Shown in pieces: positions 1-9,769 of a stretch of DNA of 64,000 nt. A model generated the notes under the pieces. It was given only the letters and a program-made list of their open reading frames with translations. It was not told where the DNA came from and did not search any database. This stretch comes from an uncultured Gemmatimonadales bacterium. GTDB taxonomy: Bacteria; Gemmatimonadota; Gemmatimonadetes; Gemmatimonadales; Gemmatimonadaceae. The position numbers and the translations under genes are program-made. The stretch lies in assembly GCA_963850905.1 (NCBI GenBank), contig CAWKMU010000003.1, positions 1,472,001-1,536,000 on the forward strand, given 5' to 3'. Within the stretch, counting starts at the first letter, position 1, and every line of letters begins with the position of its first letter.

Positions 1-353
1 CGCGGCCCGAGGGTGACGCCGCCAACGACAAATATCCCGGCCGCGAGGATGCCTAATGCCACCGCCTGCACTGCGGTCCGAGCAGCTGCATCGCGGTCGT
101 GCTCGCCGATGCGGCGCGCGACCATGGCGGTTGCTCCGACGGCCAGGCCGGCTGCGACCGCGTACAGCACGGCGAGCATCGACTCCGTGAGCCCGACGGT
201 CGCCACCGCGTCCGCACCGAGCCGTCCGACGAAAAACACGTCGGTGACAGCAAACACGCTTTCGAGTGCCATCTCGAGCACCATCGGGACGGCGAGCAAG
301 AGAATTGCTCGGCGCACGGACCCCTGCGTGAAGTCCTGCTGCGATCCGCGCAT
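1..353 (-). CDS. MATE family efflux transporter, N-terminal part (runs off window; start uncertain)
   Basis: Minus-strand frame not in the ORF track reads MRGSQQDFTQGSVRRAILLLAVPMVLEMALESVFAVTDVFFVGRLGADAVATVGLTES, a typical MATE N-terminus. The first ATG after an in-frame TGA is at 353. Confidence 0.85.
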   Translation of the reverse strand, partial: MRGSQQDFTQGSVRRAILLLAVPMVLEMALESVFAVTDVFFVGRLGADAVATVGLTESMLAVLYAVAAGLAVGATAMVARRIGEHDRDAAARTAVQAVALGILAAGIFVVGGVTLGP

Positions 354-426
354 CGCCTCGATGACGAGGTGCCAAAACCCGTCCGGGGCTGGGCGGTCCG
401 GCGGCGTCGCGATCTCGTTCTCTCAG

Positions 427-2187
427 CTAATGGCCGGTTCCTGATGCCGGAGCAGTCGCTTCGCCTACGTCCCACACGATTCGTCCATCCAGGATCGTGA
501 GCTCGCACTTCATGTCCTTGAGGGAATCGGTCGATACTGCGTACGGGTTGCGGTCCCAGACAGCGACATCGGCGCGCTTGCCTCGCTCCAGCGTGCCGAC
601 GCGATCCTCGAGAAACAGCAAGCGGGCCGCCCAAGAGGTATAGGATCGGAGCGCAGCGTGGACGTCCACGGATTGCACCGTGCCGAAGGGTTGTGCGCCG
701 TATGTCCCCTTGAGCGTCGTGCGTGCGATGGTGGCCCAGATCCCGTAGCGAGCGGGGAATGGCGTGACCGGATAGTCCGACCCGCCGCCCCAAGGGATGC
801 CACGCGCGAGATACGTGTGAAACGGATTGAGGCGCTGTGCGCGCGCCGGACCAAAATTCCCAGCGTATGTGTCGCCAATCCACCATATGAATGGGGCCTG
901 CGACTCGGGGTACGCCGCATCGTACCGTTTCTCGAGCGCGGCCATCGTTTCGATCGCGTGATCGGTGGGGATGTTTGCGTGGATAACGGTGTGTCTGAGA
1001 CCGCGGGTGGGTGTTTCGCGGAGCACCGCCGCGTACGTATCGACTACCCAGTCGATCGCACGATCGCCGATGGCGTGTGTCCCGACGTTGATCCCCGCGC
1101 GGTGGAACATGCGGACCATCTGTCGATATACGGCGGTATCCGTCGTTGGATATCCGTAATTGCCGGAGTCCACGGCGGTCGAGTTCTTGTGCCATGGATC
1201 GTACACCCATGCGGTACGGGCGCCACCGCTGCCGTCCATGTAGATCTTGGCGCCGCCAGCGAACAGCAGTCCGTTGCCCAGCGAGGCCGGAGGGCGGGGG
1301 AGCGCCGATAAGCGCGTCAGTACTTCCCGGGCGGATTCCACGCTCTCTCCAGCGTGCAACAGCGCGAACACTCGTTCGTGCAGGTTGCCCTCGTCGAGCA
1401 GCGAGCGGTACGCCTCCCAGAGCTCGGGCCGCGTATCCGCCTCCTTAATCGAAGTCATCCCCTCGCGGTGCAACTCGTCGATCGCCGTGAGAATGCTTCG
1501 CTTGATCTGTTCCTGCGAGAATGGTGGCACGTGGCTCTGGACGAGCGTCTGTGCCGCCTCCTTGAGCACGCCCGTGAGCTCGCCGTCCGCGGCGCGGTCA
1601 ATGGTCCCCGCCGCCGGGTTCGAGATCTGCCTGGTGATCCCGGCCAGTCGGAGGGCATAGCTGTTCGCCACACCGTAGTGACCCGTCGTGTGCTCCAACC
1701 ACACGGGATTGTTCGGAGTCGCCGCGTCGAGGTCCGTCGCGTAAATGTAACGGTGTTCGGCGAGCTTCCCCTCGTCCCACCCCTCGCCGAGCACCCATTC
1801 GCCCGGTTTGCGGGTCGCGACGGCGGCGCTGATGCGCCGCACGACCTCCTCGACGCTGGCGGCATCGCTCAGATCCACGTGGAAGAGCTGCGCGGCCCCT
1901 CCGTCCGCAAAATGGCCATGCGAGTCGATGAGTCCCGGGGTGGCTGCTCGTCCGTGAAGATCGATCACACGGGTGCCTGATCCCCGGTAGCCAAGCACCT
2001 GGTCCGTCGTTCCGATCGCCACGATCTCCTGGTGGCGGATGGCGAGCGCCTCCCTGACATGGTCCGCGGAATCCATGGTCAGGATCGCGCCGTGAACCAG
2101 AATGAGATCAGCCGGCGTAGTCGTCTGTCCCATGGCGGCGGACGCGAGCAGCAGTGCAGCGGCGCTCTCGAAGAGAATGGTGCGCAT
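427..2187 (-). CDS. Secreted metal-dependent amidohydrolase (YtcJ-like, amidohydrolase_3)
   Basis: Signal peptide; PGLIDSHGH, THAIGDRA, GGSDYPV and GTLERGKRAD motifs. Confidence 0.9.
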   Translation of the reverse strand: MRTILFESAAALLLASAAMGQTTTPADLILVHGAILTMDSADHVREALAIRHQEIVAIGTTDQVLGYRGSGTRVIDLHGRAATPGLIDSHGHFADGGAAQLFHVDLSDAASVEEVVRRISAAVATRKPGEWVLGEGWDEGKLAEHRYIYATDLDAATPNNPVWLEHTTGHYGVANSYALRLAGITRQISNPAAGTIDRAADGELTGVLKEAAQTLVQSHVPPFSQEQIKRSILTAIDELHREGMTSIKEADTRPELWEAYRSLLDEGNLHERVFALLHAGESVESAREVLTRLSALPRPPASLGNGLLFAGGAKIYMDGSGGARTAWVYDPWHKNSTAVDSGNYGYPTTDTAVYRQMVRMFHRAGINVGTHAIGDRAIDWVVDTYAAVLRETPTRGLRHTVIHANIPTDHAIETMAALEKRYDAAYPESQAPFIWWIGDTYAGNFGPARAQRLNPFHTYLARGIPWGGGSDYPVTPFPARYGIWATIARTTLKGTYGAQPFGTVQSVDVHAALRSYTSWAARLLFLEDRVGTLERGKRADVAVWDRNPYAVSTDSLKDMKCELTILDGRIVWDVGEATAPASGTGH

Positions 2188-2226
2188 GGGCTCAAGCTAG
2201 GAGCGTCGGGCGGATTGGCAACGGCA

Positions 2227-2335
2227 GGACGCTGGACGTTAGACGTTGGACGTTGGAAAACAAACCTCGGGGCCAGCAATGTTGCCGGCCCCGAGGTGTC
2301 TTCCAACGTCTAGCGTCCAGCGTCTAACGTCTAGC
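2227..2335. repeat. Heptamer-armed palindromic element, type A (RGACGYT arms), copy A1
   Basis: 4x RGACGYT, then core ACCTCGGGGCC...GGCCCCGAGGT, then 4x ARCGTCY. Confidence 0.9.
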
Positions 2336-2338
2336 CCC

Positions 2339-3250
2339 TCAATGACAACTCCCGCCCACGATGTTCCCCCGCCACAGATCGACCATGCAGGTCGTCGACG
2401 GCGCGCCAATGATCGACTCGTTGTACGTCTCGAGCGTCGCGAACTGGCTGCCCTGCCCCAATGCCGTAGTGGCGAAGGTCAGGACCAGGCGCAGGTTGTA
2501 CGTCTTCGACTCGGTCTGGTCTCCGGTCACCTCGAGGGTATCGCTCAACCAGCGAGTCCACGTCCCGCCCAGCGGAAAGCAGTTGCCGTGACCATTGCTC
2601 GCGATGGAGACATTGGTCGTGGTATCGTAGGCCAGCCATCTGTGCATCCGCTGTTCGTGTGTGCTCTTGAAGAAGACGGAGTCGAACGACGTGGCACTGC
2701 CGCTCCACATGTGCGTCGGCGCCGTAGACAGCAGCATGTTGTTGCCCGGCAGGCGCGTCCCGGCTACAGTGTCGGCTCTCGTGCCGCGGTGGCGACCAGT
2801 CCACTCATGCCAGTCATCGTTGAAATCGCCGCTGAACACCGAAGTCGTTACCACGCGATTCGTGGAATCGGTCACGTAGCGTCGTTCGCAGCCAGCTTCC
2901 GAGAAGAACTGCCACGACCGTGCATACGAGATCGTGTCGGTCGGATCCTTCGAAGGAAAGGTCCGCACGTGACCAATGGAATCGGTCGGGCAGCTGGAGT
3001 TGCTTGCCACGATACCGGGCGGGAGGCTGCCCGCAAGACCGACATCCGCTTCGCTCTGTTGATAGTCGGCGACGACAGCGCCAACCTCGTTGGCCAACAC
3101 GCTGGCCACGTCCTGCGAGATTTGGACGCCGACGGTATTGGCCGTCACCGCTGGCGCGGTTGCGTGGTCGGTCCCGACGCCATTACTGCACGCCACGAGC
3201 GCAATGGTCGCGCTCGAGGCGATTGCCAGGGTCAGAGTACGGTGCGCCAC
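2339..3250 (-). CDS. Hypothetical lipoprotein
   Basis: GGAGGAGG RBS before GTG at 3250; lipobox LVAC; Ser/Thr-rich, beta-strand-like sequence with several Cys. Confidence 0.75.
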   Translation of the reverse strand: MAHRTLTLAIASSATIALVACSNGVGTDHATAPAVTANTVGVQISQDVASVLANEVGAVVADYQQSEADVGLAGSLPPGIVASNSSCPTDSIGHVRTFPSKDPTDTISYARSWQFFSEAGCERRYVTDSTNRVVTTSVFSGDFNDDWHEWTGRHRGTRADTVAGTRLPGNNMLLSTAPTHMWSGSATSFDSVFFKSTHEQRMHRWLAYDTTTNVSIASNGHGNCFPLGGTWTRWLSDTLEVTGDQTESKTYNLRLVLTFATTALGQGSQFATLETYNESIIGAPSTTCMVDLWRGNIVGGSCH

Positions 3251-3477
3251 GAGATACCTCCTCCGTGTGCGAGCGCCAGCGGGCGCGCGTGCGTTCGGCA
3301 AACGCCGCCTCAGAGCGGCGGCAATCGTCGAGTTGACCCCTTTGCCAGCCGGTCAACTCCTGTCTATAAGACGATCTGGCGTGCCTTGGGGGCAAACTCG
3401 CGTGCGTCCGAGACAGCCGTCGCGTGAGTATCGCTGTCCAAAAGTGTGACAGCGATCTCCCGATTGCGCGCCGGCGA

Positions 3478-6372
3478 TCAGAAGTGCAGGTCGAGGTTCA
3501 GGAAGATGCTGCGCGCGGGAGGATAGGGAGCGAGCTCGACTCCGCGGACGGGGGTGAGTCCGCTGGACACGCTGACTTCGGGATCCAACCCGTTGTACGA
3601 TTTGCCATACCACGCGAGGAGATTGCGACCTTCGAGCGATAAACTCGCCCCCGAGAAGTGCACGGGTCCGGCCCACTGTGTCCACGCCTGTGGCAACTCG
3701 TAGGTCAGGCTCAACTCGCGCAGCTTGACGAAGGTGGCCGGCTGCAGATAGCTGTATGGATTCCCGGCGGTGTACGCCGCGTAACCCGTTCGAGAGGCGG
3801 TCGTGTCGGCCAATAGGCTGGGACCACCCGCAAACATGAAATCGGTCACGTTCGCGACGGTGCCGCCCCAATGCCAGTCCAGGAGGCCGTACAATCGCAA
3901 CCGCTTCCACGTGAGCTCCTGCGATCCGGTGACGACGAACGACGGCTCGTAGTCGCCGACTTGCAGTGGCCCGTTCGCCGTGGCGACTCCGGGAGCGACG
4001 ATCTGCGACATGGACCGACCCTGCTGCAGCTCGGCCTCCGTGCCCGGCCCAAAAACGTCGGGGAGGGTGGCCGGCAGCGCCGGCATCGAGTTCACGACGC
4101 TGTAGTTGCGATAGAATGTCGCACCCGACGTCCAGCTGAAGCCGTTCGACAGCTGTACGGGCGTCGCGGTCACGGCGAGCTCGACGCCGGAGTTCGTGAA
4201 CGCACCGCCATTGAACTGCGTCGTCGTCGCGCTCTTCCCGGAGCCAATGGTGCCGAGCAGCAGTGCATTCGAGATGTGCTTTTGGTATACCGTCGCCGAC
4301 AGCTGTGCGCGGGATCGCAGCATGGTGACATCGAAACCAAGCTCCGTTTCCCGCTCCGCTTCAGGCGTGAGGGTCGAAGCCGGCCCACTGCTACCGGCCG
4401 GATCGAAGGTCGGATACGGGACCGCATTTCCCGACTGGCCGTACGCGGCGCGCAGCTTGATGTCGTCGACGAGGCTGCCGAACAATGGGAGGTGATAGGA
4501 CCCGGCGAAGCGCGGGTACGTATACAGCTTGTTGATGTTGGCGTTGGCGGTCGAGCGTTCGGCAGTGAGGCCGCCCGTAACCGTGAGCTTCGAGGCGAGG
4601 GTGATGAGCTGTTCTTGGCCGTAGAACAGCTGATCCATTTGGGTCGCTTGGTACGAGTACAGGATCTGTAACTGCCCGGAAGGGGGCGCGGTCGAGACCA
4701 ATCCGCTTGTCACCTCGATCGGATTCGTCACGTTGCGATAATCCGTCGAGAGGCCCGCCAATGTGGTCAGGTCCAGGTTCGAAGAGGCGGTTATGTGGTG
4801 GACGAGGTTGACCGCGTAGTTGGAGTAGTTGCTCACGGCATGGTTGGTGACCGCGGTGCCTGGGAGCAATTGGCTCGCTTCCTCCTCCAACGTCGCGGGC
4901 GCGAGCAGGAGGTCGTGGAGATTGGAGCGATCCACGCCTCCGAGCACGCTGAGACGGAGGCTTTGGCGCTCAGTCGTCCACAGCGCATAGCTCGCGCTAC
5001 CGCCTCCGATGAACCGCGAGAGGGCTTGTGGAGTCTGAACCTGCGACGCGTCCGCAAAGGGATTGGCCGGCCCGAAGGGATTGACCGGCCAGTTGCCGTC
5101 GGGCCTCTGCTGGTCGAGGGCAAGGAACTGCGGGGTGTAGGACAAGACACCGTAGGGCGACAGCTGCGGGTTGTCGGCACCACTCACGCCCCGTCGAGTC
5201 TCGTCATGGATGTAGTTGGCGTTCAGCGAGACTGAGAGCACGGCATTCAAGCGCTGCGTGACGTTGGCACGCACTGCCTGCTTGGTGTAGCCGGTATTGA
5301 TCGTCGTGCCGTTGTCATCTTTGACGAGGCCCGACGCGTAGTACTGCGTGCCGCCCTGTGTCCCACCCACATTGAGGTCCGACTCGTACGATACTCGCCC
5401 GCTGCCGAACAGCGCGCCCTGATAGTTCTGGGGTCCAGCGAACAGCGACGCGATCTGCGCGTTGTCTGCGAGGATGGCGCTGCCGGTATCGTGCTTGACG
5501 TCCTCCGCGTACCACGTCTGCGCACTGGCCAGCGTGGGGAATGAACGGAGCGAGAGCGTATTGGCGTCGCGGAATTCGCCGACCTTCTCGGAGAGGTTCC
5601 AGCGCGGCTTGCCCGGCGTGCCCTTCTTGGTCGTGATGATGATGACGCCGGATGACGCCCGCGAGCCGTAGATCGCCGCGGACGATGCCCCCTTGAGGAC
5701 CTCGACGCTCGCGATGTCCTCGGGATTCAGATCGCTCACCCGGTTCACGCCGAGCCCGGGATCCGTCGTCTCATTGTTCACGACGACACCGTCGACAACG
5801 TAGAGCGGTGAGCCACTCGCATTGATTGAGGTGACGCCGCGGATCTGGACCTGGACCCCGCCCCCGGGGGCGCCGCCATTGTTCTGCTCGAAGAGCGCCC
5901 CCGGTACCTGACCCTGGAGCGCCGTCTCCACCGTCGGGGCCGTGGTCTCGTTCAGCTCCTGACCCGGCACGACGGCCACCGCGCTGGCGGCGCTCGCGGC
6001 ACTCACCGTGGTCGCGAGACCCGTGACCACCTGTGCCTCGAGACGGAAGACATCCTTGCGCAGGACGATGGTGTAGTCGGTCCGGTCGGCGGCGAGCAGG
6101 ATCCGCGCGGTCAGGAAACCCGTCGCGCGGACGGTGAGGATCCTGGCCGACGCGGGCCGATTGAAGGCGAACGCGCCATTGTCGGCCGTCAAGCTATTGA
6201 CCGTGTCGGCGCTCACCGCGACTGTCGCGGCGCTCACTGGCGTATCGTCTGCTTCGCTGACGACGTGTCCGGTGATTCGACCCTGGCCGTACGCCACTGT
6301 CCCATGGCTGACCAGCAGAAAGCCGGCAGCGAGCATGGGCAGGCGTGCGGCCCATCCAGTCGGATGCGCCAT
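3478..6372 (-). CDS. SusC/RagA-family TonB-dependent outer membrane receptor
   Basis: N-terminal carboxypeptidase-regulatory-like domain; plug motifs PLYVVDGV and DIASVEVLKGASSAAIYGSRASSGVIIITTKKG; C-terminal Phe. Start taken at ATG 6372 after GAGAGG. Confidence 0.92.
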   Translation of the reverse strand: MAHPTGWAARLPMLAAGFLLVSHGTVAYGQGRITGHVVSEADDTPVSAATVAVSADTVNSLTADNGAFAFNRPASARILTVRATGFLTARILLAADRTDYTIVLRKDVFRLEAQVVTGLATTVSAASAASAVAVVPGQELNETTAPTVETALQGQVPGALFEQNNGGAPGGGVQVQIRGVTSINASGSPLYVVDGVVVNNETTDPGLGVNRVSDLNPEDIASVEVLKGASSAAIYGSRASSGVIIITTKKGTPGKPRWNLSEKVGEFRDANTLSLRSFPTLASAQTWYAEDVKHDTGSAILADNAQIASLFAGPQNYQGALFGSGRVSYESDLNVGGTQGGTQYYASGLVKDDNGTTINTGYTKQAVRANVTQRLNAVLSVSLNANYIHDETRRGVSGADNPQLSPYGVLSYTPQFLALDQQRPDGNWPVNPFGPANPFADASQVQTPQALSRFIGGGSASYALWTTERQSLRLSVLGGVDRSNLHDLLLAPATLEEEASQLLPGTAVTNHAVSNYSNYAVNLVHHITASSNLDLTTLAGLSTDYRNVTNPIEVTSGLVSTAPPSGQLQILYSYQATQMDQLFYGQEQLITLASKLTVTGGLTAERSTANANINKLYTYPRFAGSYHLPLFGSLVDDIKLRAAYGQSGNAVPYPTFDPAGSSGPASTLTPEAERETELGFDVTMLRSRAQLSATVYQKHISNALLLGTIGSGKSATTTQFNGGAFTNSGVELAVTATPVQLSNGFSWTSGATFYRNYSVVNSMPALPATLPDVFGPGTEAELQQGRSMSQIVAPGVATANGPLQVGDYEPSFVVTGSQELTWKRLRLYGLLDWHWGGTVANVTDFMFAGGPSLLADTTASRTGYAAYTAGNPYSYLQPATFVKLRELSLTYELPQAWTQWAGPVHFSGASLSLEGRNLLAWYGKSYNGLDPEVSVSSGLTPVRGVELAPYPPARSIFLNLDLHF

Positions 6373-6491
6373 CGGTACACCTCTCGAGGCATGCGTCGCG
6401 CAAGAGGCGCCGACCCTCGGTGTACAGACCGCGCGCCAACGATCGGCAGTACCGGCACCGCGACATCCACCGGCCACCGAATTTTCGCTCC

Positions 6492-6519
6492 ATCATAGAG
6501 ACGGGGCGGTGGTTGTCAA
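6492..6519 (-). promoter_or_regulatory. Sigma70-type promoter for the SusC-like gene
   Basis: Minus strand TTGACA-N16-TATGAT, about 120 nt upstream of the start codon. Confidence 0.6.
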
Positions 6520-6525
6520 TTCGGG

Positions 6526-6664
6526 AGATGCTGGACGCTAGACGCTGGACGTTAAATGCTGCAGAACAAACCTCGAGGCCAGCTGGATGTACCGTGGCTG
6601 GCCCTCGAGGTTTGTCTCTAGCGTCCAACGTCCAACGTCCAGCGTCCAGCGTCTAGCGTCTAGC
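6526..6664. repeat. Heptamer-armed palindromic element, type A, copy A2
   Basis: RGACGYT-like arm, core AACAAACCTCGAGGCCAGC...GCTGGCCCTCGAGGTTTGT, then 6x ARCGTCY; abuts the stop codon at 6665. Confidence 0.9.
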
Positions 6665-7693
6665 TCAGCGCAGCGGCGCCGCCAATGGCTGTCTAGGCGT
6701 GCCGCCACCACCAATGCTCTCCGCGGAATTGTTGGTGATGACGGCGAGATACGGCGAGATTCGAAAGAGGTCGTTTCGGATATCGGTGAGCTCTGGCATT
6801 CCTGCCGCAGCGTCCTCGGCCAAGAACGCCACGTCGGACCCACCCGAGTCATTGATGTACGCACCGTAGTCCTGCAAGCAGTGCGCGAACGCCAAGCCGG
6901 CCGGTGTCAGGCCAAGCGTGGTGACATCGACCGTCGGCACGATTGCCACGAGTGCTCCGATCGGCAGGTTTCCGCCGTAGCATGACGGCGTCTGGTACGC
7001 ACACCAGTCGTCCGCCACAGCGGGCCAGACGGGACCCACTTTGAGGCGCGAGGGGGACAGCACGACCGTCGTGGCGTGCGGAATGTGCAGATTCTCGAGC
7101 TCATCGACGCGAATCAATCCACCCATACCGAGCAACATGAGATCGTGCACGGCCGACGTGCCATACAACTTGGCGCCGTCACCATAGAGATCGACCTGAT
7201 ATCCGCGGACCGCGGAGATGCTGCCGTCGGAGTTGATCGCCGCGCCATAGAGCTCGGTCGAGTAGCTGTGCGTGGGGTCGACAATCGCCAAATGCGCGTC
7301 ACTCGACGGGTCCGGTCGCATGCTCGCCAATGCGTGGATTTGCCACGGTCCCTCGTTCGGCTGTCCCTGTGCCCCTTCCTGGGTCGTGACGGTGACGACG
7401 GGATCCGAGGACGAAGCCAGATACGCCGCCTCGCTCCACATCCCGGAGTTGAGCACCGCAACTCCGGATCGTAGGTCGACGGTCATCGGGTCGGAGTCCG
7501 GGGAATACTGGGCGCCGCTGCCGATCGGCATGTTCCAGATCGACGTCCGCGTGAACGGCTGCACCCATGGGTCACGTCCGCTCGCTTCGGTCGGCGCGGT
7601 AGGGGCGCTGGCGGACGGCGGATTCGTGGCGCTGCAGCCGAGTGTCCCGCCAACCAGCACAGCAACGAGGCAACGACCCGCCGCGACTCGCAT
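6665..7693 (-). CDS. Hypothetical lipoprotein
   Basis: MRVAAGRCLVAVLVGGTLGC lipoprotein-like signal, Pro/Ala linker, then a globular domain (SIWNMPIG...LQDYGAYINDSGG). Confidence 0.75.
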   Translation of the reverse strand: MRVAAGRCLVAVLVGGTLGCSATNPPSASAPTAPTEASGRDPWVQPFTRTSIWNMPIGSGAQYSPDSDPMTVDLRSGVAVLNSGMWSEAAYLASSSDPVVTVTTQEGAQGQPNEGPWQIHALASMRPDPSSDAHLAIVDPTHSYSTELYGAAINSDGSISAVRGYQVDLYGDGAKLYGTSAVHDLMLLGMGGLIRVDELENLHIPHATTVVLSPSRLKVGPVWPAVADDWCAYQTPSCYGGNLPIGALVAIVPTVDVTTLGLTPAGLAFAHCLQDYGAYINDSGGSDVAFLAEDAAAGMPELTDIRNDLFRISPYLAVITNNSAESIGGGGTPRQPLAAPLR

Positions 7694-7864
7694 GGGATCC
7701 GATGGCAGCGGGGAAGGGTGGACGCGCCTGCCGAATATTGCCCACCACACTACCGCAACGCTACAAATGTCCCACATTTGGTTCGGTCGGGCATGGACGG
7801 GTCGTGCGAGATTCCCCTGACCGCGCAATGGTGCTCGAAACGTCTACTTCAAGCCGGAGCATTT

Positions 7865-8630
7865 GTGCCTTTATCCCTGCGGATCCGTCGAGGCCGCCTC
7901 GGAGACGCCGCGATCGTGGTGGTGGCCATCAGCATCGCAATGCCGTCCGGGGTCTTCGCTCAGTCGTTTCCGAGCTCGGGCGAGGCTGTCATCGGTGCCA
8001 TGCATCAGCGCTACGCCGATACGTGGTATGAAACGGTAGCGTTCACTGAGACGGCGACGCGCCGCACGCCCGCGGATACCATGGTGACCGAGACGTGGAA
8101 GGAGGCACTCCTCATCCCCGGTCGGCTGCGCATCAATGTCGAGGGGTCAAACCCCAAGCTCTCCTACATTTGCCGGGGAGACTCATTCTACATCGCGCAT
8201 GGCGACAGCGTCACACGACTCTCGCGCCGTAATCTCCTGCTGCTCATGGGATTCGAATGTCTATCGGCAGCCGGTCCAGGAGACAGTGGCGGCGCTCCGG
8301 GCGCTGCATTTCGCGCTGTCGTCAGTGCGTACCGATACGTGGGAGGGACGGCAAGTCTACGTGATCGGTGCGGCGAAGGGTGACCTGCACTCCAGGCAGC
8401 TCTGGATCGACCAGGATCGCCTGCTCTTCATGCGGATGCTCCAGCCCAACGACAAAGACAGCACGAAGACGGATGACGTTCGCTTCGACAATTACAAACT
8501 CGAGCCGCACGGCTGGATCTCCGAGACTGTCGTCGAAACGACGGATGGCAAGCTGACGCTCAGGGAGGAATACGCCAACGTGCACATCAACGCTCGCCTC
8601 GACCCGGCAATGTTCGTGCCGCCAACATAG
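7865..8630 (+). CDS. Secreted LolA-like/outer-membrane lipoprotein-sorting-like protein, with an apparent +1 frameshift near 8256
   Basis: GGAG RBS + GTG; signal peptide; ORF 7718-8383 (to LLLMGF) joins ORF 8136-8630 (VYRQP...QLWIDQDRLLFMRM) if one A in ttcgaatgtc is removed. Confidence 0.65.
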
Positions 8631-8654
8631 GGGCGAGTTGCGGCCACACACACC

Positions 8655-9656
8655 ATGAGGTTCGCGTGTGGTGCGATGCTCCTCCTCTCGGTCGCCTCGC
8701 CGCTCGCCGCGCAGTCGAGCGGTCCGGGCGGTCATGCTGTGCGCCGCATCCCACTCGCCGACGCCCCGATTGCCGCCCGGGTGCATCTCCCCGGGTCGCC
8801 GGACTGGATGGCGGTTGGTTTTGGCTCGCTCTGGGTCGTGAACTACAAGCCGGATCGCGTCTCGAGAGTCGATCCGGCGACGGGCACGGTGCTCGCCGAC
8901 GTGCCGCTCGGCGGCAAAGCCTGTCTCGGCATTGTCGTGACGATCGATCGCGTGTGGGTGCCGACGTGCGGCAAGGTCGTGCTCAACGCGGTCGATCCCG
9001 TGACCAATCGAGTCGTGACGCGGCGCAGTCTTCCAATCACGGTCAGCGTCGAAGGGTCGTTCGCCTTCGCGGGTGGCAGCTTCTGGCTGCCGGTGACTGG
9101 ACGGGACTCCAGTTCCAGGGCAGTCGCACGCATCGATCCACACACCGGGGCCGTCCAGCGGCTGATCTCCGTTGCGCGGGGCTCGGAAGCCCTCGTCGCT
9201 GGCTACGGAGCGGTCTGGGCAGCGAGTAGTGGCACCGACGTGGTGCTCAAGATCGATCCTGTGCGGAACCGCGTCACATCGCGCATCGCGGTCGGGCCTT
9301 CACCGAAGTTCATGGCCGTCGGCGAGGGTGCGGTGTGGGTGCAGAACCGTGGAGATGGCTCCGTGTCTCGAGTGGATCGGCACACCAACAGGGAGGTCGC
9401 CCGTATCGAGACCCATGCCCCGACCCGGTACGGCGACATCGCCGTTGGTGACGGCACGGTGTGGCTGGCTGTCGACTCGACACCCATCACGAGCATTGAT
9501 CCCCGCACCAATAGCGTGTCCTATCAGGTCGTTGGTGGCAGTGGTGCTGATGCACTTCGTGTCGGGTTCGGCGCGGTGTGGGTCGCCGACCACGCGCACG
9601 GCGAGGTATGGCGCGTCGACCTGGCAACGCTCCGCGCGCTCGCGGGGACACCGTGA
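8655..9656 (+). CDS. Secreted beta-propeller protein (Vgb/YncE-like)
   Basis: Signal peptide; repeated 'AVGxGAVWV...VSRIDP.TN' blades. Confidence 0.8.
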   Translation: MRFACGAMLLLSVASPLAAQSSGPGGHAVRRIPLADAPIAARVHLPGSPDWMAVGFGSLWVVNYKPDRVSRVDPATGTVLADVPLGGKACLGIVVTIDRVWVPTCGKVVLNAVDPVTNRVVTRRSLPITVSVEGSFAFAGGSFWLPVTGRDSSSRAVARIDPHTGAVQRLISVARGSEALVAGYGAVWAASSGTDVVLKIDPVRNRVTSRIAVGPSPKFMAVGEGAVWVQNRGDGSVSRVDRHTNREVARIETHAPTRYGDIAVGDGTVWLAVDSTPITSIDPRTNSVSYQVVGGSGADALRVGFGAVWVADHAHGEVWRVDLATLRALAGTP

Positions 9657-9769
9657 TAGACGTTGGACGTTAGACGTTAGAAAACAGACCTCAGTGGTAA
9701 GCTAGATGCACTTTGACTCGCCTCGAGGTTTGTTTTCTAACGTCCAACGTCCAGCGTCCAGCGTCTAAC
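9657..9769. repeat. Heptamer-armed palindromic element, type A, copy A3
   Basis: 3x RGACGTT, AGAAAACAGACCTC...GAGGTTTGTTTTCT, 4x ARCGTCY; fills the whole gap between TGA 9656 and ATG 9770. Confidence 0.9.

Noticed and set aside
3297..3325. GGCAAACGCCGC...GCGGCG resembling a c-di-GMP-I P2 stem
   Set aside because: It lacks the GNRA loop and the ACGCAAAGC segment, and it is on the strand opposite the flanking genes.
2227..9769. Type A elements as integron attC sites (GTTAGAC/GTTGGAC fit GTTRRRY; GTCTAAC/GTCCAAC fit RYYYAAC)
   Set aside because: The order is reversed relative to attC, where RYYYAAC comes first. The motifs are tandemly repeated, the flanked genes have mixed orientations and no integrase is present.
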